Shown: one piece after another, positions 39,852-50,100 of the stretch | Numbering within the stretch: the stretch's first letter is position 1 | Layout: every line of letters begins with the position of its first letter | From: Candidatus Woesearchaeota archaeon | GTDB lineage: Archaea; Nanobdellota; Nanobdellia; Woesearchaeales; SKIA01 | Length of the DNA: 64,000 nucleotides | Direction: 5' to 3' | Assembly: GCA_043771635.1 (NCBI GenBank) | Contig: JAYVHA010000007.1 | Location: forward strand, 2,233 to 66,232 | The notes under the pieces: model-generated | What the model was told of the DNA's origin: nothing | The model's database searches: none | What the model saw: the letters and a program-made list of their open reading frames with translations, nothing else | Made by a program: the position numbers and the translations under genes

Positions 39852-41603
39852 ATGAAACTAGTAGGGTTAAAACTAGCCTACATTAAGTCTTTTAAAACTC
39901 TGGATTGGAATATAGCCCGAACTAAGGTAATAATTGGTCAAAATGATCATGGCAAGTCCTCAATTCTTAAGATACTAAATTTTGTTCTGAACGAGATTAC
40001 CGACTATCATCTGGATCAAGGATTTTTGGAGCCTGCACTAGCAGAAAAACTAATTCCTGCATTTAGTACGAGCGCTCGCGCCAGGCGCATAACATTAATT
40101 GTGCAAGAAAAAAGCAAATATAAAGAACTGTATATTGATATTGGACGCAATTACTCCATAAAAGTTCATGATAAAATAACGCGGGGCGCTAAAACTACTC
40201 CTGCAGGCAAGAAGCTATTCACAAAGATACGTAGTAAAAATAGGTTTGAACTGGTACCAGCGATAAGAGACGTATCGTCAGAGATATATAAGCAGCTTTT
40301 TTCTACAACGCTACAGCAACACGGACTTTCAAAACTAAAACCCAAAGCCGCGGGTGGAACACAGAGAGAATACAGAGAACTACTAGCTATTAGAAATAGC
40401 ATCGATGAAATTATCCAGCCGTATGTACATAAACGATTGCTGCCCAAGTTAAGTGACGAATTTGGTTTCACGCCACAGCACGAACTTCTTCTAACATTCA
40501 ATAAGGATACAGAGGCAATTGCCGAATGGATTCAAAGCAACCTACAACTTGGTTTCAAATTAGGCAAGGAAGCAGAAGAATATATTTCAATTGATGAAGC
40601 GGGAACAGGAATACAAAGTGCCTTGCTCCTTGCGCTCATAAGATTAAAAAATAGAAGTGAAGCTGACAAGAATGTTCATTTTTTTCTTGCCATCGAAGAA
40701 CCGGAGACATTTCTACATCCACAAAAACAAAAAGAGCTTTACTCTAGCATCAAGGGATTGGAGTCTGATAACCTAACCATAATTATCACGACGCACAGCC
40801 CATACATTGTTTCTGAATCTAAATTTTCTAGCTTAGGGATAGTTCGCAAAGACGACAAGTTCTCAAACCTCCACACTGTGAAGAGCGTGCCACCAAAAGA
40901 TATGGACATATTTGACAGCTATAGTGGTGAAGTAAATTCACAATTGTTTTTTGCGGATAAAGTCATACTCGTAGAAGGAGAAAGCGATAAAAGAGTTATA
41001 GAAACAATTTTACACCGCAAATTTGGAGCCAAGTCATTTAGGTATACAGTAATTTCGGCGGCAGGCAACAGAAATTTTTCGCCATATCTAAAAATGATCA
41101 ACTGTTGGAAAGAATTGAAGATTCCTCATCTAGTTGTTACTGATTTTGATTCATTAACGGCGGGTAGCGATAGAGCCATGAATACTGGCGCAAAGGCCGC
41201 AGGATATTTGCTAAATGCTGAGCAACTGTTAAATCAAAACGTAGACGACGCGATTCAAAAAGATGAAGGCGAGTATAGAAAAATAGCCATTCAAGCAGCC
41301 AATTTCTATGCTCGTTCAGGATTAGAAGTATTCATTTGGACTTGTGACTTGGAGTATGCACTAATTTCGGATAGCAAAATAGACCCAATAGTTCGGGAAT
41401 TAAGTGCAGCGAACAATTCAAGCTATTCAGGCTACACTTGCGCTCAACTGCGTACATTAATCGGAAGCAAAGGCATCCCTCTAAACAGCGGATCAGATGC
41501 ATTAAAGAAACCGTACATACATCAAAAATTGTCGTGGCATTTAGACCTGGATGACACTGAAAGTGATGTATATCGTCTGATTCAAGCAATAAATAAGTTA
41601 TGA
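39852..41603 (+). CDS. OLD-family nuclease: N-terminal ABC-type ATPase + C-terminal Toprim
   Basis: Walker A GQNDHGKSSILK. Walker B/H-loop FLAIEEPETFLHP. Toprim ILVEGESDKRVIE and HLVVTDFDSL. Confidence 0.75.
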   Translation: MKLVGLKLAYIKSFKTLDWNIARTKVIIGQNDHGKSSILKILNFVLNEITDYHLDQGFLEPALAEKLIPAFSTSARARRITLIVQEKSKYKELYIDIGRNYSIKVHDKITRGAKTTPAGKKLFTKIRSKNRFELVPAIRDVSSEIYKQLFSTTLQQHGLSKLKPKAAGGTQREYRELLAIRNSIDEIIQPYVHKRLLPKLSDEFGFTPQHELLLTFNKDTEAIAEWIQSNLQLGFKLGKEAEEYISIDEAGTGIQSALLLALIRLKNRSEADKNVHFFLAIEEPETFLHPQKQKELYSSIKGLESDNLTIIITTHSPYIVSESKFSSLGIVRKDDKFSNLHTVKSVPPKDMDIFDSYSGEVNSQLFFADKVILVEGESDKRVIETILHRKFGAKSFRYTVISAAGNRNFSPYLKMINCWKELKIPHLVVTDFDSLTAGSDRAMNTGAKAAGYLLNAEQLLNQNVDDAIQKDEGEYRKIAIQAANFYARSGLEVFIWTCDLEYALISDSKIDPIVRELSAANNSSYSGYTCAQLRTLIGSKGIPLNSGSDALKKPYIHQKLSWHLDLDDTESDVYRLIQAINKL

Positions 41604-42045
41604 TACTAAAAACCGGCAATGACCTGATTATGCATGGCAAATAAGTACCCGAATTTCAGCTTTTGGGTTCGCTAGAAAAAACAAATCAAAGCTAAATTTG
41701 ACGGAAGTTACGGCGCCCGGCATGGGAGGCAACTCGCGCGCGGGAGCCTCGTATATGGCACAGAATCAGAACAGAGTATTTTCGGGAATGATAAATGGCT
41801 ACGGTTTCGAGCGCTTGCGCAGAAGATTCTAGTACTAAGAAAAGAATCGAAATCTCGTTAATAGCACGTTATCGCATCGTAAACATAATGATAGACGTAC
41901 ACATAACTTCAATTATACGCACACTATGCTGTGTAAGAAATAATGTAGTAACTACTTTGTAGAATCATACTAGCTTATATTTGAATCAATGATTTGCATG
42001 TAATTCTCCCAAAAAGGTTATAACTAAGCGAATCACGGAAATAAT

Positions 42046-45000
42046 TTGGGTGGGCAGATAATCTGCCAAAGAGTGATAGAAGCAACAAGAAAAAACGTAC
42101 TACTCTTTATTGCATTAGTTGCACTTTTTTCTTGCGTATTTTCAGTGCGGGCTGCGGAATATAGTACTGCTACAGCTTTTCCGACAATTCCAGGCTTAGG
42201 ATTGAATACAGGTGTTGTTGCGGCTGCAGATCAGAACACTGGTGCTTTCGCATATAGTTACCAGTTTACAGTCCCTGAAGGTCCTGGCGGTTTAAAACCT
42301 GAGGTAGTACTGTCATATAATTCTCAGGCTGCTCGTGAACAGCGAGGAAACCAAGCAGCTGGCTGGGTTCTTAATAACGAGTATATTGACCGATTCCAAA
42401 ACTATACTCCATACATACTAACGGATGACGAATTCTACTTAGTATCTGGAAACGGGCGTGAGAAACTCATGTACAATGGATCTGGGACTAATAGATGGCA
42501 TACTCAGCACGAGACATTTACTTACATACAGAACTTAACATCAACTTCCAACAACTTTGGGATGTACTGGTCGATAAAGTATCCTGATGGTACAACAAAA
42601 CGTTATGGAGAATCTAGTAGTGAAGAATATGAAACCACTTACGGTGTAATGGCGAAACGCTATCATCTCGACCAGACAAATGACACATATGGCAATAAAC
42701 TACAGTTCCACTATCAACCAGCTGGAGTATTCACCTTAGACTACATAACTTATGGCGGTTCTACCCCAAGAACAGTTCAATTCGTGTATGAACCAAGACA
42801 ATATCCTAGGACCACTTACTATAATGGCTTTGAAGAACAATACACAGCTAGGCTTGCTGGAGTACAAACTACATACGGCGGAACACAAGTAAGATACTAC
42901 GATTTGAACTACTCAGTATCTGATTATTTGGAGCTATTACAATCAATAACTGAGTTATCAGCAACGAATAGCACATCATTACCAGCTACCACATTTAGCT
43001 ACTACTCAGCAACCGGGTGGATCAATCTAACCAGTCCATGGAGTCTTAACCCGCTATACTTCTTTGAATTCGAAGATGGTAAGGATTCAGGCGCCAGGGT
43101 AATTGACATAACTGGAGATGGCTTAGCTGACTACATACGACAAGTAATGTGCAATTCAAGCGCCTATAATAATACGCCTAACGTAAGTACAGCATATATG
43201 CGACAATTCCCTGGCGCAAGCAAAATAACTGTAACGGCGCAAGCATATGGAAATAGTTCTAACATGCAAAACTATGCCGTATCAGCAGGATTTCCACTAA
43301 CTGCAGCTCACAACCTTACGCAATCAGGCATTCTCAGCATCACTAATCAAGAGTATGGTCTTTACATAACTCCGAATAGAAACATATCGCTTCACCGCGT
43401 CAATGGTGATGGAATAGGTGCACCTTTCGAAATTGAGGTATTCAATGTATCATCAAGGATAGAAATCGCATCAGCTATAGGATCGAATGGCTATGCACAA
43501 TTTGACTCAGGCGTAAATTTATTCGCGCACCAGCGATATAGAGTGAGCTTTAAAGGAGCATCGCAAACGTATAGATATGGATCAGGTACAGGAGAGACTG
43601 TCAATTCAACATATCTTGCTATTGAGTGCGGCTACAGATATAATGATCCAAATGAAGGGTACTGCTATTCAATAGCATCATTCTCTATAGAGGAGCTATT
43701 TGAAAACAGCACCACTACAGGTTCCACTACCCTGAATCTAAACAACGGCGTGTACAATGGCAGGATACTTGCGGAAAACCACACGACAAAAACCTTTACG
43801 CTCACAGTTAACGGAACAGGTACGCAGCATGTATCAGATGTAGTTACCTCAAACGACTACTGTGCACCTGTACTGATAAACAACGGAAGCGGATACAACC
43901 TAGACGATGGCACTTGGAGAGTACCTACAAACTACTCGTTCGTGGACAATGGCACTGATTTAGGCACAAGATTTGCAGACATAAATGGAGATGGCCGCGT
44001 TGATCTCGTGCGAAGCGACTGCACCGCCGGAAAAACATTCAACGGAGTGATGCTAAACAATGGAGCTGGCTGGACTGCAACAAACTGGACTGTTCCAGCG
44101 GGTTACTGCATCATAGATGCCGGTTACAACGCAGGAACAGAACTTCTTGACGTAAACGCAGACGGAAGAGCAGATCTAGTAAACGGACGCGATCAAGCGC
44201 CGCTTATACTAAAAACAGCACTAAACACAGGATCTGGCTGGTCTAACTCAACTCAATTTACTCCACCAGTAGCCACAATGACCTACCTTGGAGGAGACGA
44301 CAGTGTGCGATACGTTGATATGAATGGAGATAATCTCGTGGATGTTCTTCAGCAATGCGGAGCTACAGCTTGCAGATCCTCTTACTTGAATAATGGTTCT
44401 GGCTGGAAATCAACGCAGGTATGGTGGACGCCTACCACGTACGCGTTTACTAACGGAATAACTGACGAGGGACTGCGACTAGTGGATCTTAACGGAGACG
44501 GGCTAACCGACATATTGAGGAGAAAGAATTGCACCTCCATTAACTGCTATGGAGTGCTGTTCAACAATGGAAGTGGCTGGATACAAGATACTTCAACATT
44601 ATGGATACCAAACAATACAATGGCGTTTACCATCGGTGAAAAAAACAAAATAATTCGACTAACAGACATAGATGGAGACGGAGCAGTAGATCTTGTTAAA
44701 CGAGATTTGTGTACAACCGCGGACTGTAATACTACACTGCGAAGCTTAGGAGCTAATAACAACCTGCTGCAATCAATAAAGTACAGCACCGGCGGAAACG
44801 TGACCGTTACGTACAACTACTCTGCTCGCAAAAAGAACCTCGGAACAGACAATATCGCAGACATGCCCTACTCTCTACCCGTGGTCGAAACGATAACGCA
44901 GGCAAATGGTATTAGCGGGGCGTCCCAAAGACAAGAAACGACAGGTTACAACTATTCGGGTGCCGTTTACGCAAGAAACGCTTGGACAAGTGAGTTCCGA

Positions 45001-47106
45001 GGATTCGCCACCACAAACCAAACTATAGGTAGAAAAAGAATCTCGACAAACTGGTTCCAATCAACAGGTCTCGAAGGCCGAATTAAGTATCGCGAAACAC
45101 ACGACGGCAGCACAAGGCTCAGAAACGAATCAAGCGACACATTTGTGCACAACTCATCCTATATTTACAAAGCGGTAACGCTGGGCGTTACAACAGCCCA
45201 ATACGATGGAAACTCAACACCTTGGACGACAATAACGAACTTTACGTACGACCAGTACGGAAACGCCCTCACGGAATACTCGCAAGGCGACACAGCAATA
45301 ACTGGTGATGAGCGTCTAAAGAATAAAACTTACACTGCGAACACCGCATTATGGATCATTAATACAGTCAATAAAGAGCAGCTACTGGCTGCAAATAACG
45401 TAACAATTCTGCGGCAAACTAACTACAGCCGAAACACACAAGGATCAGTCAGCGGAGAAGAAAAATTCCTATCTGGAGGAACGAACACGTACAAGAACTA
45501 CACGTACGATGCGTACGGCAACATAAACAGAACAGCAGACGAAAGAGGATACGTAACAGCACAAACGTACGACTCATCCGGAACATTCCCCCTGACAACG
45601 CTTAATGCCCTCGGACAGTACACATACAGAACCTGGAACTCATCGCTTGGCACCTTAATTAGCGAAAACGACAGTAACAACTACTCGACAAACCACATGT
45701 ACGACGCATTCGCAAGAAAACTAACAACAACAAAACCGTACGACACAACAGCATCACCAACAGTATCGCACAGCTATTCATTTGACGGAGTAAGCCCCGA
45801 ATCAATTACAACTACGACAAAGATAAACGCAACAACAAACGCAGTAACAATCCAGTACCTGGACGGCCTAGGAAAAGTAGTACAAACCAAACAACTAGCA
45901 GAAGATGCACTGTACGCAGTACAAGACTTCACGTACGACACTCAAGCACGACTAAACCAAACAACAAACCCATACTACTCAAACAACAGCAGCTACGCAC
46001 ACCCCATACTAACCAACGGTTACTCGGGAATAACATACGACGCACAAGACAGACCAACACAACTAAGGTACGCAGATAGTAGGACAAAAAACACAACCTA
46101 CGCCAAGAACGTCACAACCAGTTATGATGAAAACGCGGAAAGAACAGACACGGTAAAAGATGCATACGCAAATACTATACGGATACTAGAGTACTTGAAC
46201 GGAACTGCATACGCGACTTCGTACACGTATGACGCAGTAAGCCAGCTACTAACAATTGAAGATGCACAAGGCAACGACATAACGTTCAGCTACGACACGT
46301 TTGGCCGAAAGACCTCACTTGTCGATCCTGACCTCGGAACTTGGAACTACACCTACGATGCTGCAGGTAACTTAGTTTCTCAACGTGACGGCCGCGGCGT
46401 GACAGTATCCCTCTCGTACGACGCACTGAACAGGGTAACTCGCAAAAACGGAACATCAAGCGCAATGGACTTCACATACGATACCATCGCAAAAGGAACA
46501 TTGGCAAAAGTGGCTCTGACAAGCGCGAACAAGACATTCGCGTACGACCAACGTTTACGACGCACGCAAGAGAACTTGAGCATAGACGGAATAACATTCA
46601 GCACGAATTATAGCTACGACAGTGCAGACCACCTCATCCAGAAGAATATGACGAATGGGACTAGCATTAGATATACGTATAACGCTTTTAACAAACCTGA
46701 GAGTATTACAGGGATAATTAATGACTTTGATTATGTTGCTGTAGGCCAGCCAAGCGGCCGCGCGTATAACAATACACTCACAACAAACCTGACTTACGAC
46801 ACGAATAGCTTGCGTCTTAGCCGCATATATACGGGCACGAAGCAAAACATGAGTTATAGTTACGATGCTGTTGGAAACATATTGTTAATTACAGATGTCG
46901 CAAATAACGCGTCAGAAACATACACGTACGACGACTTAAACAGAATTAGCACGGCGAACAGAATAGTAAACGGAACAACACAATTTAGTGCAGCATACAC
47001 AGTAAGCCCAATTAACGTAATTACGAAGATAGTCACAAATAGTTGGACTAAGACTTTCAGCTTCGGATCTGCGCCAGTGCATGCTCCAAGCGAGGCAGCA
47101 GAGTGA
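42046..47106 (+). CDS. TcB-like RHS/YD-repeat protein: SpvB-N domain, FG-GAP-like beta-propeller, long YD-repeat shell (no RHS core)
   Basis: Signal-like NVLLFIALVALFSCVFSVRA. SpvB-like PGLGLNTG..YSYQFTVPEGPGGLKPEVVLSYNS..AGWVL. Repeats DINGDGRVDLV, VDLNGDGLTDIL, TDIDGDGAVDLV with NNGSGW. Dozens of YD repeats (YTYDAAGNLVSQRDGRG, YDALNRVTRK). Start codon uncertain (TTG/GTG). Confidence 0.85.
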   Translation: MGGQIICQRVIEATRKNVLLFIALVALFSCVFSVRAAEYSTATAFPTIPGLGLNTGVVAAADQNTGAFAYSYQFTVPEGPGGLKPEVVLSYNSQAAREQRGNQAAGWVLNNEYIDRFQNYTPYILTDDEFYLVSGNGREKLMYNGSGTNRWHTQHETFTYIQNLTSTSNNFGMYWSIKYPDGTTKRYGESSSEEYETTYGVMAKRYHLDQTNDTYGNKLQFHYQPAGVFTLDYITYGGSTPRTVQFVYEPRQYPRTTYYNGFEEQYTARLAGVQTTYGGTQVRYYDLNYSVSDYLELLQSITELSATNSTSLPATTFSYYSATGWINLTSPWSLNPLYFFEFEDGKDSGARVIDITGDGLADYIRQVMCNSSAYNNTPNVSTAYMRQFPGASKITVTAQAYGNSSNMQNYAVSAGFPLTAAHNLTQSGILSITNQEYGLYITPNRNISLHRVNGDGIGAPFEIEVFNVSSRIEIASAIGSNGYAQFDSGVNLFAHQRYRVSFKGASQTYRYGSGTGETVNSTYLAIECGYRYNDPNEGYCYSIASFSIEELFENSTTTGSTTLNLNNGVYNGRILAENHTTKTFTLTVNGTGTQHVSDVVTSNDYCAPVLINNGSGYNLDDGTWRVPTNYSFVDNGTDLGTRFADINGDGRVDLVRSDCTAGKTFNGVMLNNGAGWTATNWTVPAGYCIIDAGYNAGTELLDVNADGRADLVNGRDQAPLILKTALNTGSGWSNSTQFTPPVATMTYLGGDDSVRYVDMNGDNLVDVLQQCGATACRSSYLNNGSGWKSTQVWWTPTTYAFTNGITDEGLRLVDLNGDGLTDILRRKNCTSINCYGVLFNNGSGWIQDTSTLWIPNNTMAFTIGEKNKIIRLTDIDGDGAVDLVKRDLCTTADCNTTLRSLGANNNLLQSIKYSTGGNVTVTYNYSARKKNLGTDNIADMPYSLPVVETITQANGISGASQRQETTGYNYSGAVYARNAWTSEFRGFATTNQTIGRKRISTNWFQSTGLEGRIKYRETHDGSTRLRNESSDTFVHNSSYIYKAVTLGVTTAQYDGNSTPWTTITNFTYDQYGNALTEYSQGDTAITGDERLKNKTYTANTALWIINTVNKEQLLAANNVTILRQTNYSRNTQGSVSGEEKFLSGGTNTYKNYTYDAYGNINRTADERGYVTAQTYDSSGTFPLTTLNALGQYTYRTWNSSLGTLISENDSNNYSTNHMYDAFARKLTTTKPYDTTASPTVSHSYSFDGVSPESITTTTKINATTNAVTIQYLDGLGKVVQTKQLAEDALYAVQDFTYDTQARLNQTTNPYYSNNSSYAHPILTNGYSGITYDAQDRPTQLRYADSRTKNTTYAKNVTTSYDENAERTDTVKDAYANTIRILEYLNGTAYATSYTYDAVSQLLTIEDAQGNDITFSYDTFGRKTSLVDPDLGTWNYTYDAAGNLVSQRDGRGVTVSLSYDALNRVTRKNGTSSAMDFTYDTIAKGTLAKVALTSANKTFAYDQRLRRTQENLSIDGITFSTNYSYDSADHLIQKNMTNGTSIRYTYNAFNKPESITGIINDFDYVAVGQPSGRAYNNTLTTNLTYDTNSLRLSRIYTGTKQNMSYSYDAVGNILLITDVANNASETYTYDDLNRISTANRIVNGTTQFSAAYTVSPINVITKIVTNSWTKTFSFGSAPVHAPSEAAE

Positions 47107-50100
47107 ATCGAATGTTCCTTGCTGTCATGTTCGTTGCATTAGCATTAGCAATTCCTTCGGCATTAGCTGATAACATCACTAATGAAACGAACAACTCAAT
47201 TCCAATACTATTACCGAACGGCACGATCAACACAACAGCCCCAGTAATTATACTCGTGCCAACAGAGAATGTAGTAGAACAGCCTGCTGTAACAATATCA
47301 GAACCAAACCCTAAGCCTGCCGATGAGCCACAAGTAATTGAGGCTCTAGAACTTGTTGTAGCTCCTACTGAACCTCGTGACGCGCCCACACGCGACCCAG
47401 CAACAGTAGACGCACCCATACCTTATTGCGGACATAAGTCATGCGCAAAGGAGATTCTGACTACTGTGCGTGTTTCTGAAACAGCGTTTGGACGGCAGGA
47501 GATACTACAGCTAGAAAAAGATCCAAATTACCCGTGTACCATCGAAGAAGGCGGATTTGTAGTATGCGAGCCAATAACTCCTCAAGGAGAAGCAGCATTA
47601 AGGGCTGCATACGACCTCTCCGAAGGAATTCCCACTACAGACTACCGCCAGCCAGTTTACGAAGGATATTCAAGCCAACTGAGTACAGGCATCGTACGCG
47701 GAGTGAGAATTGGTTCTTACAAACGATCCACGATCAACCCTACCGTCCGGCAAAGATTCGAAATTAACGCTTCCGAACCTGGCGTATTCGTCGTAGGATT
47801 CGCCTCAAACGTCTTTGTCGTGTCAGACTTTAATTACGGTACGTGCGAGAACTGCTCAATTGGCACAACACAAGTAACACTTGAAAACTACCACTCGACA
47901 GACGCAGCACAAGCGCTTTCATGGCGTTTCTCAGGAAACGGACTAGACAGCTCAGGAAACGCAAACACAGCAACATTCGGCGGAGCAGCATACGTAAACA
48001 ACACATTTGCTGATGGTTTCGCGTTTAATGATGCCAATAAACTATCAGCTCCAGATGCCGCTAGCCTTGATATTTCAAACATGACGTTGTCTTTCTGGGT
48101 TCGGTTTAAATCCCTAACAGAAAACCAAACACTGATTTACCGCTACACATCAACAAACGGGTACTTATGCGAATTCGCTAAATACGACACAACAGGAATT
48201 CAATGCTACACAAGAAACTCAACAGCAGGAGGTGCTGCATGGGTACAGACAGGAGGAGCTAGCGAGACACAAAACCCTGACTATGAAATAAACAAATGGT
48301 ACCACATAGTACTAACCTATAACCTAAGCTCAGGAAACCTAAGCATATACCAAGACGGAACACTAAAGCACTCAAAAATTGCAACAAACCACAGCATGTC
48401 GTCAACAGCTTCATTCAAATGGGGAGCGGACTACTTCGACGCGTTCAACGGAACTGTAGACGAAATAAACCTCTACAGCAGAACATTCTCAGCAACAGAA
48501 GTAACATCCCTGTACAACTCGGGCTTATACCTAGTAAACCCATCATACGGAAACTACACAAGCATGATTGACCTCGGCCAATCATCGACTGTTTCAAGTG
48601 TGTCTTGGACTGGAAGTGGAAACCTAACAATAGCAGCAAGAACCGGAGACTATGCAAAACCAGGATTAACAGATACTGGACTATTCGGGTACTGGCCACT
48701 AAACCAATCACTGCTTTGTAAGGATGCGAACAGCCGTTATAACGGAACAGCATCATCAGGAGTAATCTGTGGAAACGTATCAGGACCATTCGTGCTAGAA
48801 AACGCAACATGGTTTGACAGCGACACCGACAAAATAACTCTACCACTCGCGACAAACTTCACCAACTGGTCTGTGCAAGTATGGGTGCGAAGCGATGGCA
48901 CATGTGTCGACGGACAAAACATATTCGCAAAAGGATGGGACTACCGAATATACACAACAAGCTCTTGCGGCATAACCATAGTATCAGCGAACAGCAGTGG
49001 CTCAAACAAATCAATGTCGTCCGTATGCTCAATATCCGACGGCCGATGGCACTCACTAGCATACGTATACAACGACACAGCAAAGACCGCGTACGCGTAC
49101 TGCGACGGAGTACAAAAGTCTAGCGTGACTCAGCAAGGCACAGCAACCTCATCAACTAACTTCACAATCGGCGGAGGAACTTCCGGCTTGACCTTCAGAG
49201 GATCCGTAGCGCAAGTATCATTATGGAATAAGACACTAGCACCAGCAGACCTAGTAGCATGGAACACGTGGAGCAGCACGCTCACATCAGGAAACGACCC
49301 AGGACTAACAGACGGCAGGTATGTACAATATTCAGCAATACTGCGCACGAACGATACTCGCAATACTTCGATGCTGACTAGCGTAAGCGTAGGCACAAGC
49401 AGTTCTTGCTCACTTTCAAACGGAGGTTACAACGTAACCCTAATGAACGGCGCATCAACAGGAAGCGGATACGCAACACTAGATGGAACTGATGATAGAA
49501 TAGATACTGACCTAAATGTTAGTTCTGTACTTAATAACGGAAGCTTCACACTTGCCATGTGGGTGAAAAGTGATGTCGACAGTGGGCAGCGAGCATTCTG
49601 GAGCGCGGACAGTAGCGGAACAGATAGATTCTATTTACGACAGAGCGATATAAGCTCAAACCAAGTAGTGCTCGGCGCCAGTAGCTGGAATCCGGTGTTG
49701 ACAGGTTATGGTGCTTTGAGTAACTGGACACATTACGTCCTGATTATTAACGGAACTAGTGGCCTATTCTACCGTAACGGGTTGAACGTTGCTAACACAA
49801 CAGGAATAACAAAGAACTATCCAGGAAAATACTTACGATTCGGCGCTAACGGCGATACACTAGCAGAAACACACGACGGAAACATAGACGGGATAAACCT
49901 ATACAACCGAGCACTAACATTAACAGAAGTTAGCCAGCTGTACACAAACATAACTGTAACAACCGGTCAAATACTTAGCATAGAATTCAATACCTGCAGC
50001 GCAACAACGAGTTTAACATACGACCCTAACGGAAACATGGTTTACGACGGTACGTATACCTACGAGTATGATTCATTCAATAGGTTGACCAAAATCTGGC

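Noticed and set aside
19663-41603. Gabija (GajA OLD nuclease + GajB UvrD helicase) interpretation
   Set aside because: The UvrD-like helicase (19663-21450) is ~18 kb away from the OLD-family gene (39852-41603) with many unrelated genes between; not an operon.
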